Assembly: GCA_013265495.1 (NCBI GenBank)
Contig: MU058139.1
Coordinates: 310,001-374,000, forward strand
Source of the DNA: Vicugna vicugna
Taxonomy: Eukaryota
DNA: 64,000 nt
Direction of reading: 5' to 3'
Below the pieces are notes generated by a model, which made no database searches, was not told where the DNA came from, and saw only the letters and a list, made by a program, of their open reading frames with translations. Shown piece by piece: positions 52,540 through 64,000 of this stretch. The translations under genes and the position numbers were made by a program. How positions within the stretch are numbered: the stretch's first letter is position 1; the number at the start of each line of letters is the position of its first letter.

Positions 52540-52790
52540 TGCCTTTGAGTGGAAAGAACATTGGCCTTTGGTTCCCATTAGCCTGGACCCCACATCACTT
52601 GCATTTACACCTACATGTTCCTCTATGAGCTAATTAAACATTTGGGCTTTGAATTACTCAGCCATAAAATGAAGAGAATAATTCCTAGTTTAGTGGGACT
52701 GTTTTAAGCATGAGAAGTAATGGGACAGAGTAACAGAAACAGTGCTCCGTACTTGGAACATAAAACCACCTAATGAGTAGAAACGGCTTG
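52540..52790 (+). mobile_element. MIR relic
   Basis: gagtggaaagaaca...ctcagccataaaatgaagagaataa. Confidence 0.5.
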
Positions 52791-53891
52791 TATTGGTCAA
52801 TGTTGATATTATTTAACGTCACCTCTCAAATTATGTTTTACATCTAACTCATCCATGCACACTGCTTAAATAAAAATCCCAGACTTACATATGATACACA
52901 TATACTAGAACTCAGTGAATGAACACTTTCCCTAATTGCTTTTTTCATGACACAAATAAATTCTCTCCCTCATGGACTAACATCACATGTACAGATGTAG
53001 GTAGTCTCGCAAGATCTTCAGTTGTAAAATGGAATCTGAAAAGTAATTCAGGCTTATTTCTCCTCTGGATCAAATGGAAATCCCTCTGACATCAGGCAAG
53101 GCCAGCACCACTGGCAGGTGGGATCAGTTTGGAGCTCTGCCGAAACTAAGTGGCCTGGGAGATGCCCTCTTGTTTTTCTCCTGCCAGCTTGAGACTCCTG
53201 TTTTTGCCAAGAGATACTGAGGTGGGTGAGCAAAACCAGTGAGAGGGGCCCGGCTACTGAAATTAACCCTTAACCTCACACCTTATACAAAAAGGAACTC
53301 AAAATAGACCATGAACTGATAGGTAAAATACATAGCTATAAACTTCCAGAGGGAAAAAAGAGCAGAAAATCTTTGTGACCTAAAGATAGATGAAAAGTTC
53401 TTAGACTGAACATCAAAAGAATAATCCATGAAAGAGAAAATTAATACATTTTACCTCATCAAAATGAAAAATCCTTTGCTCTGTGAAAGCCTCTATGAAG
53501 AGATGAAAAGAAAACCTATAAGCTGGGAGAAAAGATTTCCAAACACTTGCCCTGATCACAGACTAATATATAAAAATATAGATGGAACTCTCACACCCAA
53601 CAGTAAAAATAAGGAGTCCAATTAGAATATGGGCAAAAGGTATGAACTGATACTTTACCAAAGAGGATATTTGGGTGGGAAATAAACATATGAAGATGCT
53701 CAGCAGCCCTAGCCATTAGGAAGGATGAGAACTAAAAACACAGTGAGATATTGCTGCACACCTGTCAGAATGCAAAACAGTGACAACACCAAATCCTGGC
53801 AAGGATGCAGAGCAGCTGTACCACATTTTCGTCACTGGTGGGAACGTAGAATGGCCCAGCCCCGTTGAAAAATAGTTTGGCAGTTTCTTAT

Positions 53892-54291
53892 GCTTTTTCT
53901 GCATCTGTTGAGATGATCATGTGATCTTTGGCCTTTCTTTTGTTGATGTGGTGTGTCACATGGATTGATTTGCATATGTTGAACCATCCTCCTGCCCCTA
54001 AGGTGAATCCAACTTGATTGTAGTGTATAATCTTTTTTATGTGTTGCTGGATTCTATTTGCTAATATTTTGTTGAGAAGTTTTGCATCTGTGTTCATCAA
54101 AGATATTGGCCTGTCATTTTCCTTTTTGATAGTGCCCTTGTCTGGTTTTGGTATCAGTGTGATGGTGGCTTCATAGAATGAGTTTGGGAGTGTTCCTTCC
54201 TCTTCAATCTTTTGGAAGAGTTTGAGAAGGATCAGTGTGAGTTCTTGTTTGTATGTTTGGTAGAATTCCCCAATGAAGCCATCTGGATCTG
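53892..54291 (-). mobile_element. Internal L1 ORF2 fragment (start of the RT region) with TSD
   Basis: Open frame [11 protein letters not shown]...[11 protein letters not shown]; 13-bp TSD ggcagttt(c/t)ttat at 53879-53891 and 54292-54304. Confidence 0.9.
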
Positions 54292-54536
54292 GGCAGTTTT
54301 TTATAAAACTACACATACACCTACCATAAGATCTAGCCATTGCACCCTTGGCATTTATCCCAGTCATGTAAACTGTGTCTACACAAAAACCTGTATACAA
54401 ATGTTCATAGCAGTTTTATTGGCAATACATAAAAACTGGAATCAGTGAAATTGTCCTTCAGTGGGAGAATAGTTCAATGAACTCTGGTACATGCACACCA
54501 TGGAGTACAACTCCCCAGTTAAAAACAAACTCTTGA

Positions 54537-55015
54537 TGTTACCAAAGACGAGCTCATGTGCCCGCTGCACCATGAGGCCAAACAAACTGAAACATCGAAG
54601 TTTGGAGCAGAGAAGGTTTACTGCAGGGCCAAACAAGGAGGATGGGGTGGCTCATGCCTAAGAAAACCCCAAACTCCCCAAAGGATTTCATCAAAGCATA
54701 TTTAAAGGCCAGGTGAGAGAGAGGAGTCCCAGGGTATGTGATCAGCTCGTGCACAATTCTCCGGTTGGTTGATTGATGTGGAAGTAACAGGGCAGTCAAT
54801 ACCATCAACCCCCAGGCGCCAGAAGGTCTGGGGACAATGCACCCTCGATCATTAAGTAGTTAATTTCTTCCCTTTGGTGGTGGTTTTAAGTATCTGAAAA
54901 ACTCAGTAAATACAAATGAGATACTATTATCTGGGTGCTTAAGGGAGGAGCTGCAGCAGAGGATATGGGGAGGGGTCTGACCATGGAAGACCCCACATGG
55001 TCCGCCTTGGTTATA
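54537..55015 (-). mobile_element. ERV1-type solo LTR, copy B
   Basis: Homologous to 38065-38526; TSD ttga/ctga; splits the L1MC-like element. Confidence 0.85.
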
Positions 55016-56339
55016 CTGACAGGCTAACAATTTGAAAAAACCACCAAGGAATTATTCCAAGTGAAGAAAGCCAGTCCCAAAAGGTTACATACTCTACTGT
55101 TCCATTTATATATTTTTGAAATGACAGTATTCAGAAGTGGAGGACAGACTGCAACAGGCTAGGAAGATGGAGATGTAGAAAGGAATCTTGTGTGGTTATA
55201 ACAGAGCAAGTCTAGGGAGCCTTGGCATTGGAGGTGTTCATTATCTTGAATGTGGTAGTGTGTAACTGGGCTATAACCGGATATACACATACACACGTGT
55301 GAACACAAGTATAACTGGGGAACTGATCAGATGGAGGCACTGTGTCAATGTCAACATCCTGGTTAGGATATTATACTATAGTTTTGCAAGATGTCGATAT
55401 TGGAGGAAACTGGGAAATGTGTACAAGGGATTTCTTTATATCTTACAACTGCAAGTGAATCTGCTGGTACTCAATAATTGTTATTTTTTTAGAAAATTTT
55501 TTGTGTGATAAGATGTCACATGTAGCCAGGCTGAACTGTACCAACTTTAAGAAAAGTCAAAAAGTTTTTGACAATTTTGTCACATTTTGTAGATCCAGTA
55601 TCATTTAAATTAGTTCTAGATTGGATGGCCAATGAAATGAGTTCTTGACTGATGAGCCGGTAATGGATATTTAATAACTCTTTACCATTATTATCATTAT
55701 AACACCTATGTTCTTGGGCCAAAAAGAAGCCATGTCAGACCCATAATTAATGACTTCAGGAAAGTGTAAGCCCTTGAGGATTCTTGAAGCCCTTAATTGA
55801 AGAACTTGAGATTCTTTCTTAAAAGTTTTAGCTCATTTCACTTTGCCTTTTTTAGTGATGTTTGTGAAAATAGGATATATGCAGCTATCTCTCTCTCAGT
55901 CCTGTTTATAATTTTACAAAATGTGGGTAGAAAACTTCCATATACTGTTTCCATGGATAGTTTAAGGGGACATTTCTTTCCCAACTTTTTTTTTTTTTAT
56001 CTTAGCTATTTGGCAGAATAGCTTCACATGTGTTTTCGGTAGCTGCAGCCCCAGGCAACTCCTGTATCTAATAAATGGCAAATATAATTTGTCTTCAGTA
56101 AAATCCAGTAAGCTGGATATGCAGTGTTTGACAGTCAGTTGAAATGATACGGCTTTAAAGAGCTGAGAGTAAATCAGTGCTCTGAATCGGTGCTACCTCA
56201 CACCCATTCCTGTAGGGCTAATTTGCTAATAGAAACATGTTTCACGGCTGGATGTGTTTATTGCTTTGTTTGAGTAATATTCCTGCAATGCTATGTTCGG
56301 AATGAGTCATTTGATGTGAATAGTCTAGTAAGGCTAATC

Positions 56340-56558
56340 CAAACCCAGTTACCTTCTTGCCTTTTTGGACCAGATAATTCTTAGTCGGGGGTGGGGGGAG
56401 GTTGGGGAGGAGCATCATAGGAATGTTTAGCAGTGTCCCTGGCTCCTACCCACTACATGCCACCCCCCCACCCCAAATGTGACAATCAGAAATGCCTCCA
56501 GACATCACCAAATGCCCCTGGAGGGGGCAAAATTGCTCCCGGTTGAGTCTCACTGGTT
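56340..56558 (+). mobile_element. MER20-like hAT element
   Basis: ttggaccagataattctt...tgtttagcag...ctccagacat...ccggttgag. Confidence 0.75.
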
Positions 56559-56569
56559 AAATATGTTTA

Positions 56570-56990
56570 ATAGCCTTTCCCGTGATCACGTGCATTCACT
56601 ACCTAATATCAGTATTTTTCTTGAGTGACTCAGCACTTTCCATGCCTGATCTCCTGTCTGAACTAGTGCAAACTCCCAGCATCCTCTCCTCTCCTCTCCT
56701 CCTCTTCCGCTTGAGCCTGCCCCTCCCAGCGGCTCCTGCCAGAGACATGGCCAGGATCTCTGACCTGCCACGGCGCCTGCACAGAGTCCGCAGCCTGGCT
56801 CCTCACTCACTTTCCGGCCTCTTTGCACTAGACCTGCCCCTTCCTGCCACTGGGCTAACCTCCCCCCAAATCAGGTAAAGCCCCTTCTTATATCCTCTCC
56901 ACAGCTCTACAGCAGCTTCCTTTTGCACCTCAACATGTGATGCTATGATTAATGTCCTTCCCTAGGCCAGTTAGAATCGGTTTGACTTGG
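56570..56990 (+). mobile_element. L2 fragment
   Basis: C/T-rich L2-like sequence. Confidence 0.45.
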
Positions 56991-57686
56991 AATTTTGAAA
57001 CTCGTGATTTATTCCCCAGCAACTGTTTTTCAAATGAGCGTATTGGTTGCTTCTTTTCAAGTGACCAGACCCAGACCACCTGGTCTTCAGTGAATTGCAC
57101 AGTGACTGAATCCCATCCTTTCTTCAAAATGAACCTTAAAAATTCAACACTACCAGGAAGTCTTCCATGATTTATCTCAGTTCATGCTAATTACATGTAG
57201 ACTTGAAATTCATGTCCACTTTCTTCCTGCTCTACAAATATATTAATTTCCATGGGCTTCTGGCTTGGTAAATGTCCTCTACTTGCAGTCCAGAGTTTGC
57301 CAGCCACCCAAGACAAATGGTAGACCCCCCCCGGTATTATTCATGGTGGTCTGTCTCCCTTGCACCCAGCAAGATCAGCTAGATCAGGTCAACTAGGAGA
57401 AGGCAAGAGGATTGGTAGTGGGTAGTGATTGATTTAAAAAAAAAATCATTGCCTAGCTACACAAAAGTGAACACAGTCTCCTCGAAAGAATCACGAGTGG
57501 GCTGTGCTGTAAACAAGCAGCTTAAAGAAATGATTCTCAAAAGAAAATATTGCAGATTTGCATGTGTTGTATTTCCTGTTACGTTTAGGTCTGTATACAC
57601 CCGAGTACCATTATTTTCCAGCCTAAGCACATTTAAACACTGATGGGAAAACCAGGAGCACTAAGTCATGTTTGTGGCTCTGCCAG

Positions 57687-57843
57687 GTATGGGCGGGAGC
57701 GCAGGAGGCCGACAGGGCCCTGATGGCCACGAGCTGTGGGAACGTGGCTCCCGGTGCCATCATCACGCCAGGAAACGCGTTCACTGCCGCGTTCCAGTCT
57801 CAGGAGGCCCCGGCTCAGGGCTTCTCTGCATCCTTCATGAGCT
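57687..57843 (+). CDS. CUBN: CUBN exon ~55, CUB21 C-half
   Basis: cag|GTA TGG...AGC T|gtaagt; 157 nt; [23 protein letters not shown]...GFSASFMS (not in the ORF track). Confidence 0.95.
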
Positions 57844-58769
57844 GTAAGTAGCACTAAAAGCCAAACGGAGAGGTCCTTCAAAGGGTGTGGCTGCCACAGG
57901 CAGGCATGGGGAGGAGAGATGTGGGGTCTGCTCCAGGGTTGGCTGGAGCGGAGGGTTCCAGGGGAAGAGCCTGGGCGGGTCACCTAATCCTGAAAGTGCA
58001 CCCTTTCTGCAAAATCAGCAAGAATGGAACTGAATTTAACTGTAGGTCAGGAAAGAAATGTCTGAAATTAGCCCTACAATCCACAGTGGGGCAGGAGTTG
58101 GGCAGAAGCCAGCGGTAATTACTAGACAGTCAATGTGCCCAGCCTGTACCCACTGCCTACCTGCATCCGAGTCACCTGGCACTGTAAAAGCACGCTGAGT
58201 CATGGGCCTCACCCCAAGCCTTTCTGAATTCAGATTTTCCCTGCCTAGGGCCTTATGTGGTTAGTTCTCACCCAGCTAATTGTCATGCTCAGTCAACCTT
58301 GGGAGTCACTTTTTTCAGGATTTTCCCTTCCTTCTGGGATGACTACTCACAAATTAGATTAGCGGGACATGGAACAGTTTTCAAGTCTGAGAAATAATGG
58401 TGTGTGTGCCTGTTGGCCGAATGAAATCAAATAGCTGCTAACTGCAAACCACTGCTTAGGGAAAAGCTTGGTGAAAGGAATTAGAGGAAACAGTGCAGAG
58501 AACAGGTATTTCCGACATGAGTAAGAGCGGGGTGTAACGGAAGTAACACAAGACAACCCCGGACCTAATTTGAGGTCTTCACTTGGTTTGTTGTATTTGT
58601 GAATGTGTGTGTTTTAATATCAGTTTAAAAAGATACTGTTATTTCCCTCAGTGATAGGTAGGGAGTGTGTGGATTAACTAGTTAGTAGTTACATGAAAAC
58701 AAATGTCATTTTAGTGGTAAAGTTAGTTCTCTTTATTTCTAACACCAGGATCCATGTGAGAATTTGAGA

Positions 58770-59213
58770 TACGATATATATGTACGATGGAATACTACTT
58801 AGCCATAAAGAATAAAAATTTTCCGTTTGCAACAACGTGGATGGACTTAGAGGGTATTATGTTAAGTGAAATGTCAGACAGAGAAAGACAAATACTGTAT
58901 GATATCACTTATATATGGAACCTAAAAAATACAACAAACTAGTGAATATAACAAAAAAAGAAACAGATACAGAGGACTAAGTAGTGGTTACCAGGGGGAG
59001 GGGCAACATAGTGGTAGGGGACCAAGAGATACAAACTACTGTGTATAAAATAAGTGACAAGGACATGTTGTACAACACAGGGAATATAGCCAATATTTCA
59101 TAAAACTACAAGTGGAGCATGAGCTTTAAAAAATGTGAATCACTATATTATACACTTGTAACTTATATAATAATGTCCATCAACTCTACTTCAATAAAAA
59201 ATGAAAAAATTTA
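58770..59213 (+). mobile_element. L1 3' end (artiodactyl-type)
   Basis: atggaatactacttagccataaa...gacagagaaagacaaatactg...acaacacagggaatatagccaatattt...caataaaaa. Confidence 0.85.
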
Positions 59214-59319
59214 AAGAGTTGGGACTAATAAATTCAACCATTTTTAAAAAGAAGGTATTGTTTTTCTGGCCAGATAGCAATAGCAATGAAAACAGCATAT
59301 CTTTCTATAGTATATTTTA

Positions 59320-59505
59320 AGGGTGGGGAAGGTACAGCTCAGTGGTAGAGTGCATGCTTAGCGTGCACAAGGTCCTGGGTTCAATCCCCAGTACCTCCAT
59401 TAAAATAAATGAGTGAGTAAATAAACCTAATTACCTCCCCCCAAAACCAAACAAAAAAGCAAAAAAAAAATTAATTAAATATTTTTTAAAACAAAACAAA
59501 AAATA
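59320..59505 (+). mobile_element. Vic-1-like SINE, full length
   Basis: A and B boxes, aaataaacctaattacctccccc module, A-rich tail. Confidence 0.9.
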
Positions 59506-59881
59506 AAACTTCTTAGTGTACTGATCTGGTACAAATCAAGTTTCATCAGTTTTATTTCTTTAGCTACATGAACCCTATTCAATCTTTGCTAAGTTATCCC
59601 TTCTTTAGTGTCTTAAAGTTAAGTGATTTGCAATGGATTTGTGGTAAAATCCACTGAGGCCAAAACTCTGCATCATTTTCTCAAAATATTCAATGTTCTC
59701 AATTTGCTGGGATATTTGTTTTTAAATCAGAGCTCCATTCTCTTAGTTATTTCATCCTCTTGGAGTATCTCAGGAAATATGTCTCTAGAGAGTTTAGGAA
59801 ATTTGAGGCGCTCTTTCACTGGTAAAAAGATACTATATGTGAGAACAAATGTTCTCATGACCCATTTTTCTTCCCCTGTAG

Positions 59882-60031
59882 TATGTGGAAGGACTTTCAC
59901 TAACCCTTCAGATTACATCGTTTCTCCAAACTATCCAAAACAATATGACAACAACATGAACTGCACCTACATCATAGAAGCCGACCCTCTGTCCGTGGTC
60001 CTCTTGACTTTTGTGTCTTTCCATCTAGAAG
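59882..60031 (+). CDS. CUBN: CUBN exon ~56, CUB22 N-half
   Basis: tag|TA TGT GGA...GAA G|gtaagt; 150 nt; [27 protein letters not shown]...FHLE. Confidence 0.96.
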
Positions 60032-63000
60032 GTAAGTTTATTCTTATGTAAACTACAGTTGCTTCTTAAATGAACGTGTGGGAAGTAGAGGCAGAGACAG
60101 TCTAAAAATCACCATTTGAAGAAAATATTGAAAATGTTACAGTGGAGTTGATGTAAGTGTGATTAAAATTCCATCCAATGTTTTAAGAACATATACACCA
60201 TCCTGCATATTCCACTCAGAGGTGAAAAAAATAACCCAAGAGCTTTAAGAACAGAAGCATCATATAAATGGCTTAAAGTAAGTTGAAACCTACTATATGT
60301 TAATTAGTCTCTAATTTATTCATTTGTGTTTATTCTACTTATATAAATGTGCCTACACAAAGTCACATGCACTCACACACTATAAACTAACCGAGTCAGT
60401 CAGTGCTCCATAAATGTTGATAGGTGAATGAATTGATAAAATTAATAAATATCTGTTCTAATCTCATTAAATATAACCATGGGACATCCTTTCGTCTCCT
60501 TTTTCATCTCCATCAATCGCACAGGGATTGAGAAACCCTAACCTCAGTGCCCCTTTGAGTTCATTCCCTGGCTTTTGGAAATGGACTCTTGGCAAAGGGT
60601 ACAGGGGAGCTGCTGGTTTGGGCCAGGCTCTGACTACAATAAACACAACGTGACATCTAAGGAGAGGTACTCCACTGCAGAAAAGAGATCCCTTCAAGTA
60701 GACGGGCATTTTCCACTGCTCGGTCACATTAATATTTTTTACAAATTAATTTCCTGGTTTTAAATCACGATTAATCTGTACATTTATCAGGCTTCCTCTG
60801 CATAATCAAACTTTCTTTCTGTTTGGGTTAGTCTCCCATGGCAGTGAAAAGTTAAACTTCACAAAGTATTCTACAGTATTCAGCACCTGGGAAATTTATG
60901 CTTCATAAAAATAGAAATGACTTGTCAGTGCTGTGCACTGATAAATTATACCAAGCCTCTCTCAGTTGATCCTTTTTCTATGACCTCCTTTTCCTGCGTC
61001 TCTATAGGTTGTGGTTTTTTGCACAGGTTGGCTAGAAAATGCCAAGTATGGGTTGATGAATGTCACCATAAAAATGGACTGTGGAGTAAAAGAATTTTTC
61101 CAGCATTTACTAGCACAAAATTCCAGTAATATAGAAAAATGTTCATGATATATAAAGTATTAGGGGAAGGTAAAACAGTTTATATAAAAGATCCAATTTT
61201 TTTAATTTAAAATAACCTGTGTGAATAAAATCTGTAAAGCTCTTAAGCAGCATGTAGAGTCGCTACTACCGTGTCATAGGTTTGTAGGTGATATTTATTT
61301 TCTTTATCCCTTTTCTATTATTTCTATAATTGAAGGAAAGTTATTTGAATAAAAGAGGAAAAACATGTGGCTTCGGGTGTGCATTTGTATGAACATTTGT
61401 TCTCATTAAATTGCAGAAGCGCAAGAATGTCATGTGCCCATATCATTTAGAGAAGGAACTGCTGGTAAATATACTGTATAATAAAAATCTTGCCAGTACC
61501 AATGGTATATGTACTGACCCCAAAGAGCAGCTCCCTGAGTTTAGCAGACTAGGTGTGACTAGAGGGGTGAGTATACTGTGAATGACCTGATGGGCGGTGG
61601 GGTGTGTGCTGGGAGAAGCGGACACAATTCTAGGATGCATCTCAGTGCCATGTTGGCCACTTACTTACACGGCTTTGTCCAAATTACTTAATCTTTCTGA
61701 TAATCACTGTAATTTTTAAAAACTATAAAATGGTAGTTATGAAAGTCAAATCATGTCTCTAGACACATACTTTGTGAACCCTCATTCATCAGAGTGACCA
61801 TTGCTTGGTTATTTTTGCTGCCACCAGTCAGGATCTCCAGACACACCCTTGCACAAGTCACCTGAGAACAGATAGTGGGTTTTGCCAGATTAAGTGATTT
61901 CTCTTTTACGAATGGATTTGATAATTTTTACCCAGTTAAAGAGACTGTTTTTTTTATAAGATGATATCCTTATGATAATGTCTTGTGACATTTCCAGTGT
62001 TACAAGCACTCGGCATTTTCAAACAGCTAAGAGAGTAATTTCTGGCTTAGATCTATTGAATTGTGATGATTCCCAAAAAGGGCAACATTAATCAGATTTA
62101 TTTTGTAATTGGATTTTTATTAGTAATCATATTACCTCCCACCTCTTCTAAGCGAGTCTGAGGAATTCATGTACGTGCATCGTGATAAAAGTGAGAATTG
62201 CTCTCAGGAAAAATCACAGGTTTTCTGGTGGGAGCCTTGGTCTTCCCAGGCCAGAGAATAGTTTCTGAGGGACGGTCCAAATGACTAGGCATTTCTCAGC
62301 CCAAGCTGCCCAGCAGAGTCCGCATTGACCTGGGTGGAGATGAAGGATCTGGATCTCTCTTTGGGGGGGCCACTGGCACAAAAGGTGGATCTGTCAAGAA
62401 AAAAATGAGCTGTCCCAGGCTGCAAAATACTATGGGGAAACACACTTGCCCATACATTGTATCTGCTAAACCCTGACATCTGGTGAGGAAAGGTTTTACC
62501 CTTCAGGCTAGTGAACTGGTTACTGAGCTACACGCTGGTGTGCTGCCTGCAGGGAGGTTACAAATGTTCCGTGACCTACTTTCCATTAAAAAAGTTGCTC
62601 TAAAAGTATGTTCTGGTATTTTGTCTTGGCCTAAGTTTCTTTTTCTCTTTATTATTACATTTCCAATACTACTCATTCCACCAGCTACAGACTCCTCTTC
62701 TTTTCCATATAATCACTACTGAACTGTAAAAATTCCAGGGAAAGTAATCAAAAGTCATAGAAGGCATTTCCATTTGAGCATTTACAAGACTTTTTAAAAA
62801 AAATGTTATCTCAAGTCTAAAATGGCTCTTGGTCCTTTGAACAGTGTCTTCAAAACTTGAAAAATAAAATAGAGATTAGACAAATTCAAAATGTTGTTTT
62901 GGTCAAAAATGAAACACCAAAACAGACAGAAGCTGACAACAAACCATGAGGGCGAATCCATCAATGTTTGGACTTATTTTGGAATCAGATGATATCAAAT

Positions 63001-64000
63001 AAATACTTATTTTATTTTCTCAGATATTGAACAGCCTAAAAGTATATTTTTCTGTTTTCACTATTCATGTGGACAAGTACATGCCTCCAAGTTGCTGGGA
63101 AGTTTATAGGCTTTTTTTTTTAACTTTATAGATAAAGAAAAAACACTTAGCAGATGAGATAACCTAAGGCAAGCCAGTGCCTTCGGTGCCTTAATTTTCC
63201 CTATCATTAAAATTAGGTAATAACATTGACTCACCTTGGTAATCATGAGGGGTTTACAAATTTTTAACTAGAAAATCCTGCCTCTAGACAAATCGTACGC
63301 TCGGTTTTTCTCAGATCTGGAGCATCTCTTGATAAGAATGGGATAGAGAGCAGTGCTTTAGCACAGAAAATGGGGAGGACCAGTGCAGATGCTTTTTGCT
63401 TACTGTCCTCTAGAGACGGCCTTCAAGGCCCCCCTGAATTCTCCCTCATTCACTTAGAAGTCCTAGTTTACAGGCTATACCTAATACAAAAAAGAAGAAA
63501 ATTTACTTTTAGATTTTTCCTTTTGCCCTTTTTCCACCAAAAAGCACGACAATTAGTTTCGGCAGTTTTAGTTCCCATTTCCCCTCCATTTAATCTAAGG
63601 GGGTTTTTTTTGTTATTTTTTTTAAGTGGCATTATCCAGCTACTCACCATTTCTTTGCTTTGCTTTCTCAATTGTTTCTCAAGAAATCAGAACATAGGCC
63701 CGTTTCACAATACATTATGTTAGAAAGCATTGGGCAATGATTCTTGTGAAATAGTTCCTATTGGTATTTTCCTCAAATTGGCCAAGCCCCAGAGGAGACG
63801 GTTTAGTTATGTGGGATTCTTTGCTTGCCTGTGTTCCAAGACAGCCTTCACGCTCTGTGGAGCTTAGTCTAACCTACCGCCCCCTTCTCCCTCCCACAAA
63901 CCATTCCTCCATTGAGGAATGTCAGGGCTACTGGGAGCTGCCCCCGGATTCACATCCCTTTTCCAAGAGCCCTTGGCTGTTTTACTGAAAAGACTTTATC

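Larger units (their letters stand above)
53260..55500 (+). mobile_element. L1MC-like 3' region hosting two later insertions
   Basis: cctcacaccttatacaaaa; cacaaaaacctgtatacaaatgttcatagcag; cccaaaaggttacatac; tgtgtcaatgtcaacatcctggtt. Confidence 0.8.
8078..60031 (+). other. CUBN: Cubilin gene, internal portion (20 coding exons, ~CUB12 to CUB22); gene extends beyond both window edges
   Basis: Tandem CUB domains (CGG...SPxYP...C.W...C.YD...CG...F.SD....GF) in 20 GT-AG exons with compatible phases; total 3563 nt, no stops; peptides match recalled cubilin sequence. Confidence 0.98.

Noticed and set aside
38065..55015. Single provirus bounded by two LTRs
   Set aside because: Each LTR has its own TSD, and the interval holds CUBN exons, not gag/pol/env
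60032..64000. Further exon or separate gene after exon 56
   Set aside because: No CUB-like or other recognisable peptide; consistent with intron
1..64000. CRISPR array, operon or other novel multi-gene system
   Set aside because: No regularly spaced repeats; all coding signal is explained by CUBN and decayed L1

Overview
Mammalian genomic DNA, most likely a camelid (Vic-1-type tRNA-derived SINEs). The window lies entirely inside the cubilin gene (CUBN, + strand). Twenty GT-AG coding exons (8078-60031, 3563 nt in total) splice into one uninterrupted frame covering the C-terminal half of CUB domain 12 to the N-terminal half of CUB domain 22. Exon numbers 37-56 and domain numbers are inferred from my recollection of the human gene. 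The introns are filled with ordinary transposon debris: L1, L2, MIR, ERV solo LTRs, MER DNA transposons and SINEs, plus a 265-N assembly gap. I see no evidence of a new gene system. The most unusual structures are retrotransposon-related or splice-related: (i) a ~6 kb sense L1 with 5'UTR and ORF2 but no ORF1, inserted into ORF1 of an older L1 that lacks most of ORF2; (ii) a 400-bp internal L1 ORF2 fragment with no 3' end or poly(A) but a 13-bp target-site duplication; (iii) twin same-family LTRs bracketing an in-frame block of six exons; (iv) a duplicated, stop-containing splice acceptor before exon 44; (v) a GC/CpG-rich exon 55. Repeat subfamily names come from pattern recall, not database searches, and repeat boundaries are approximate.
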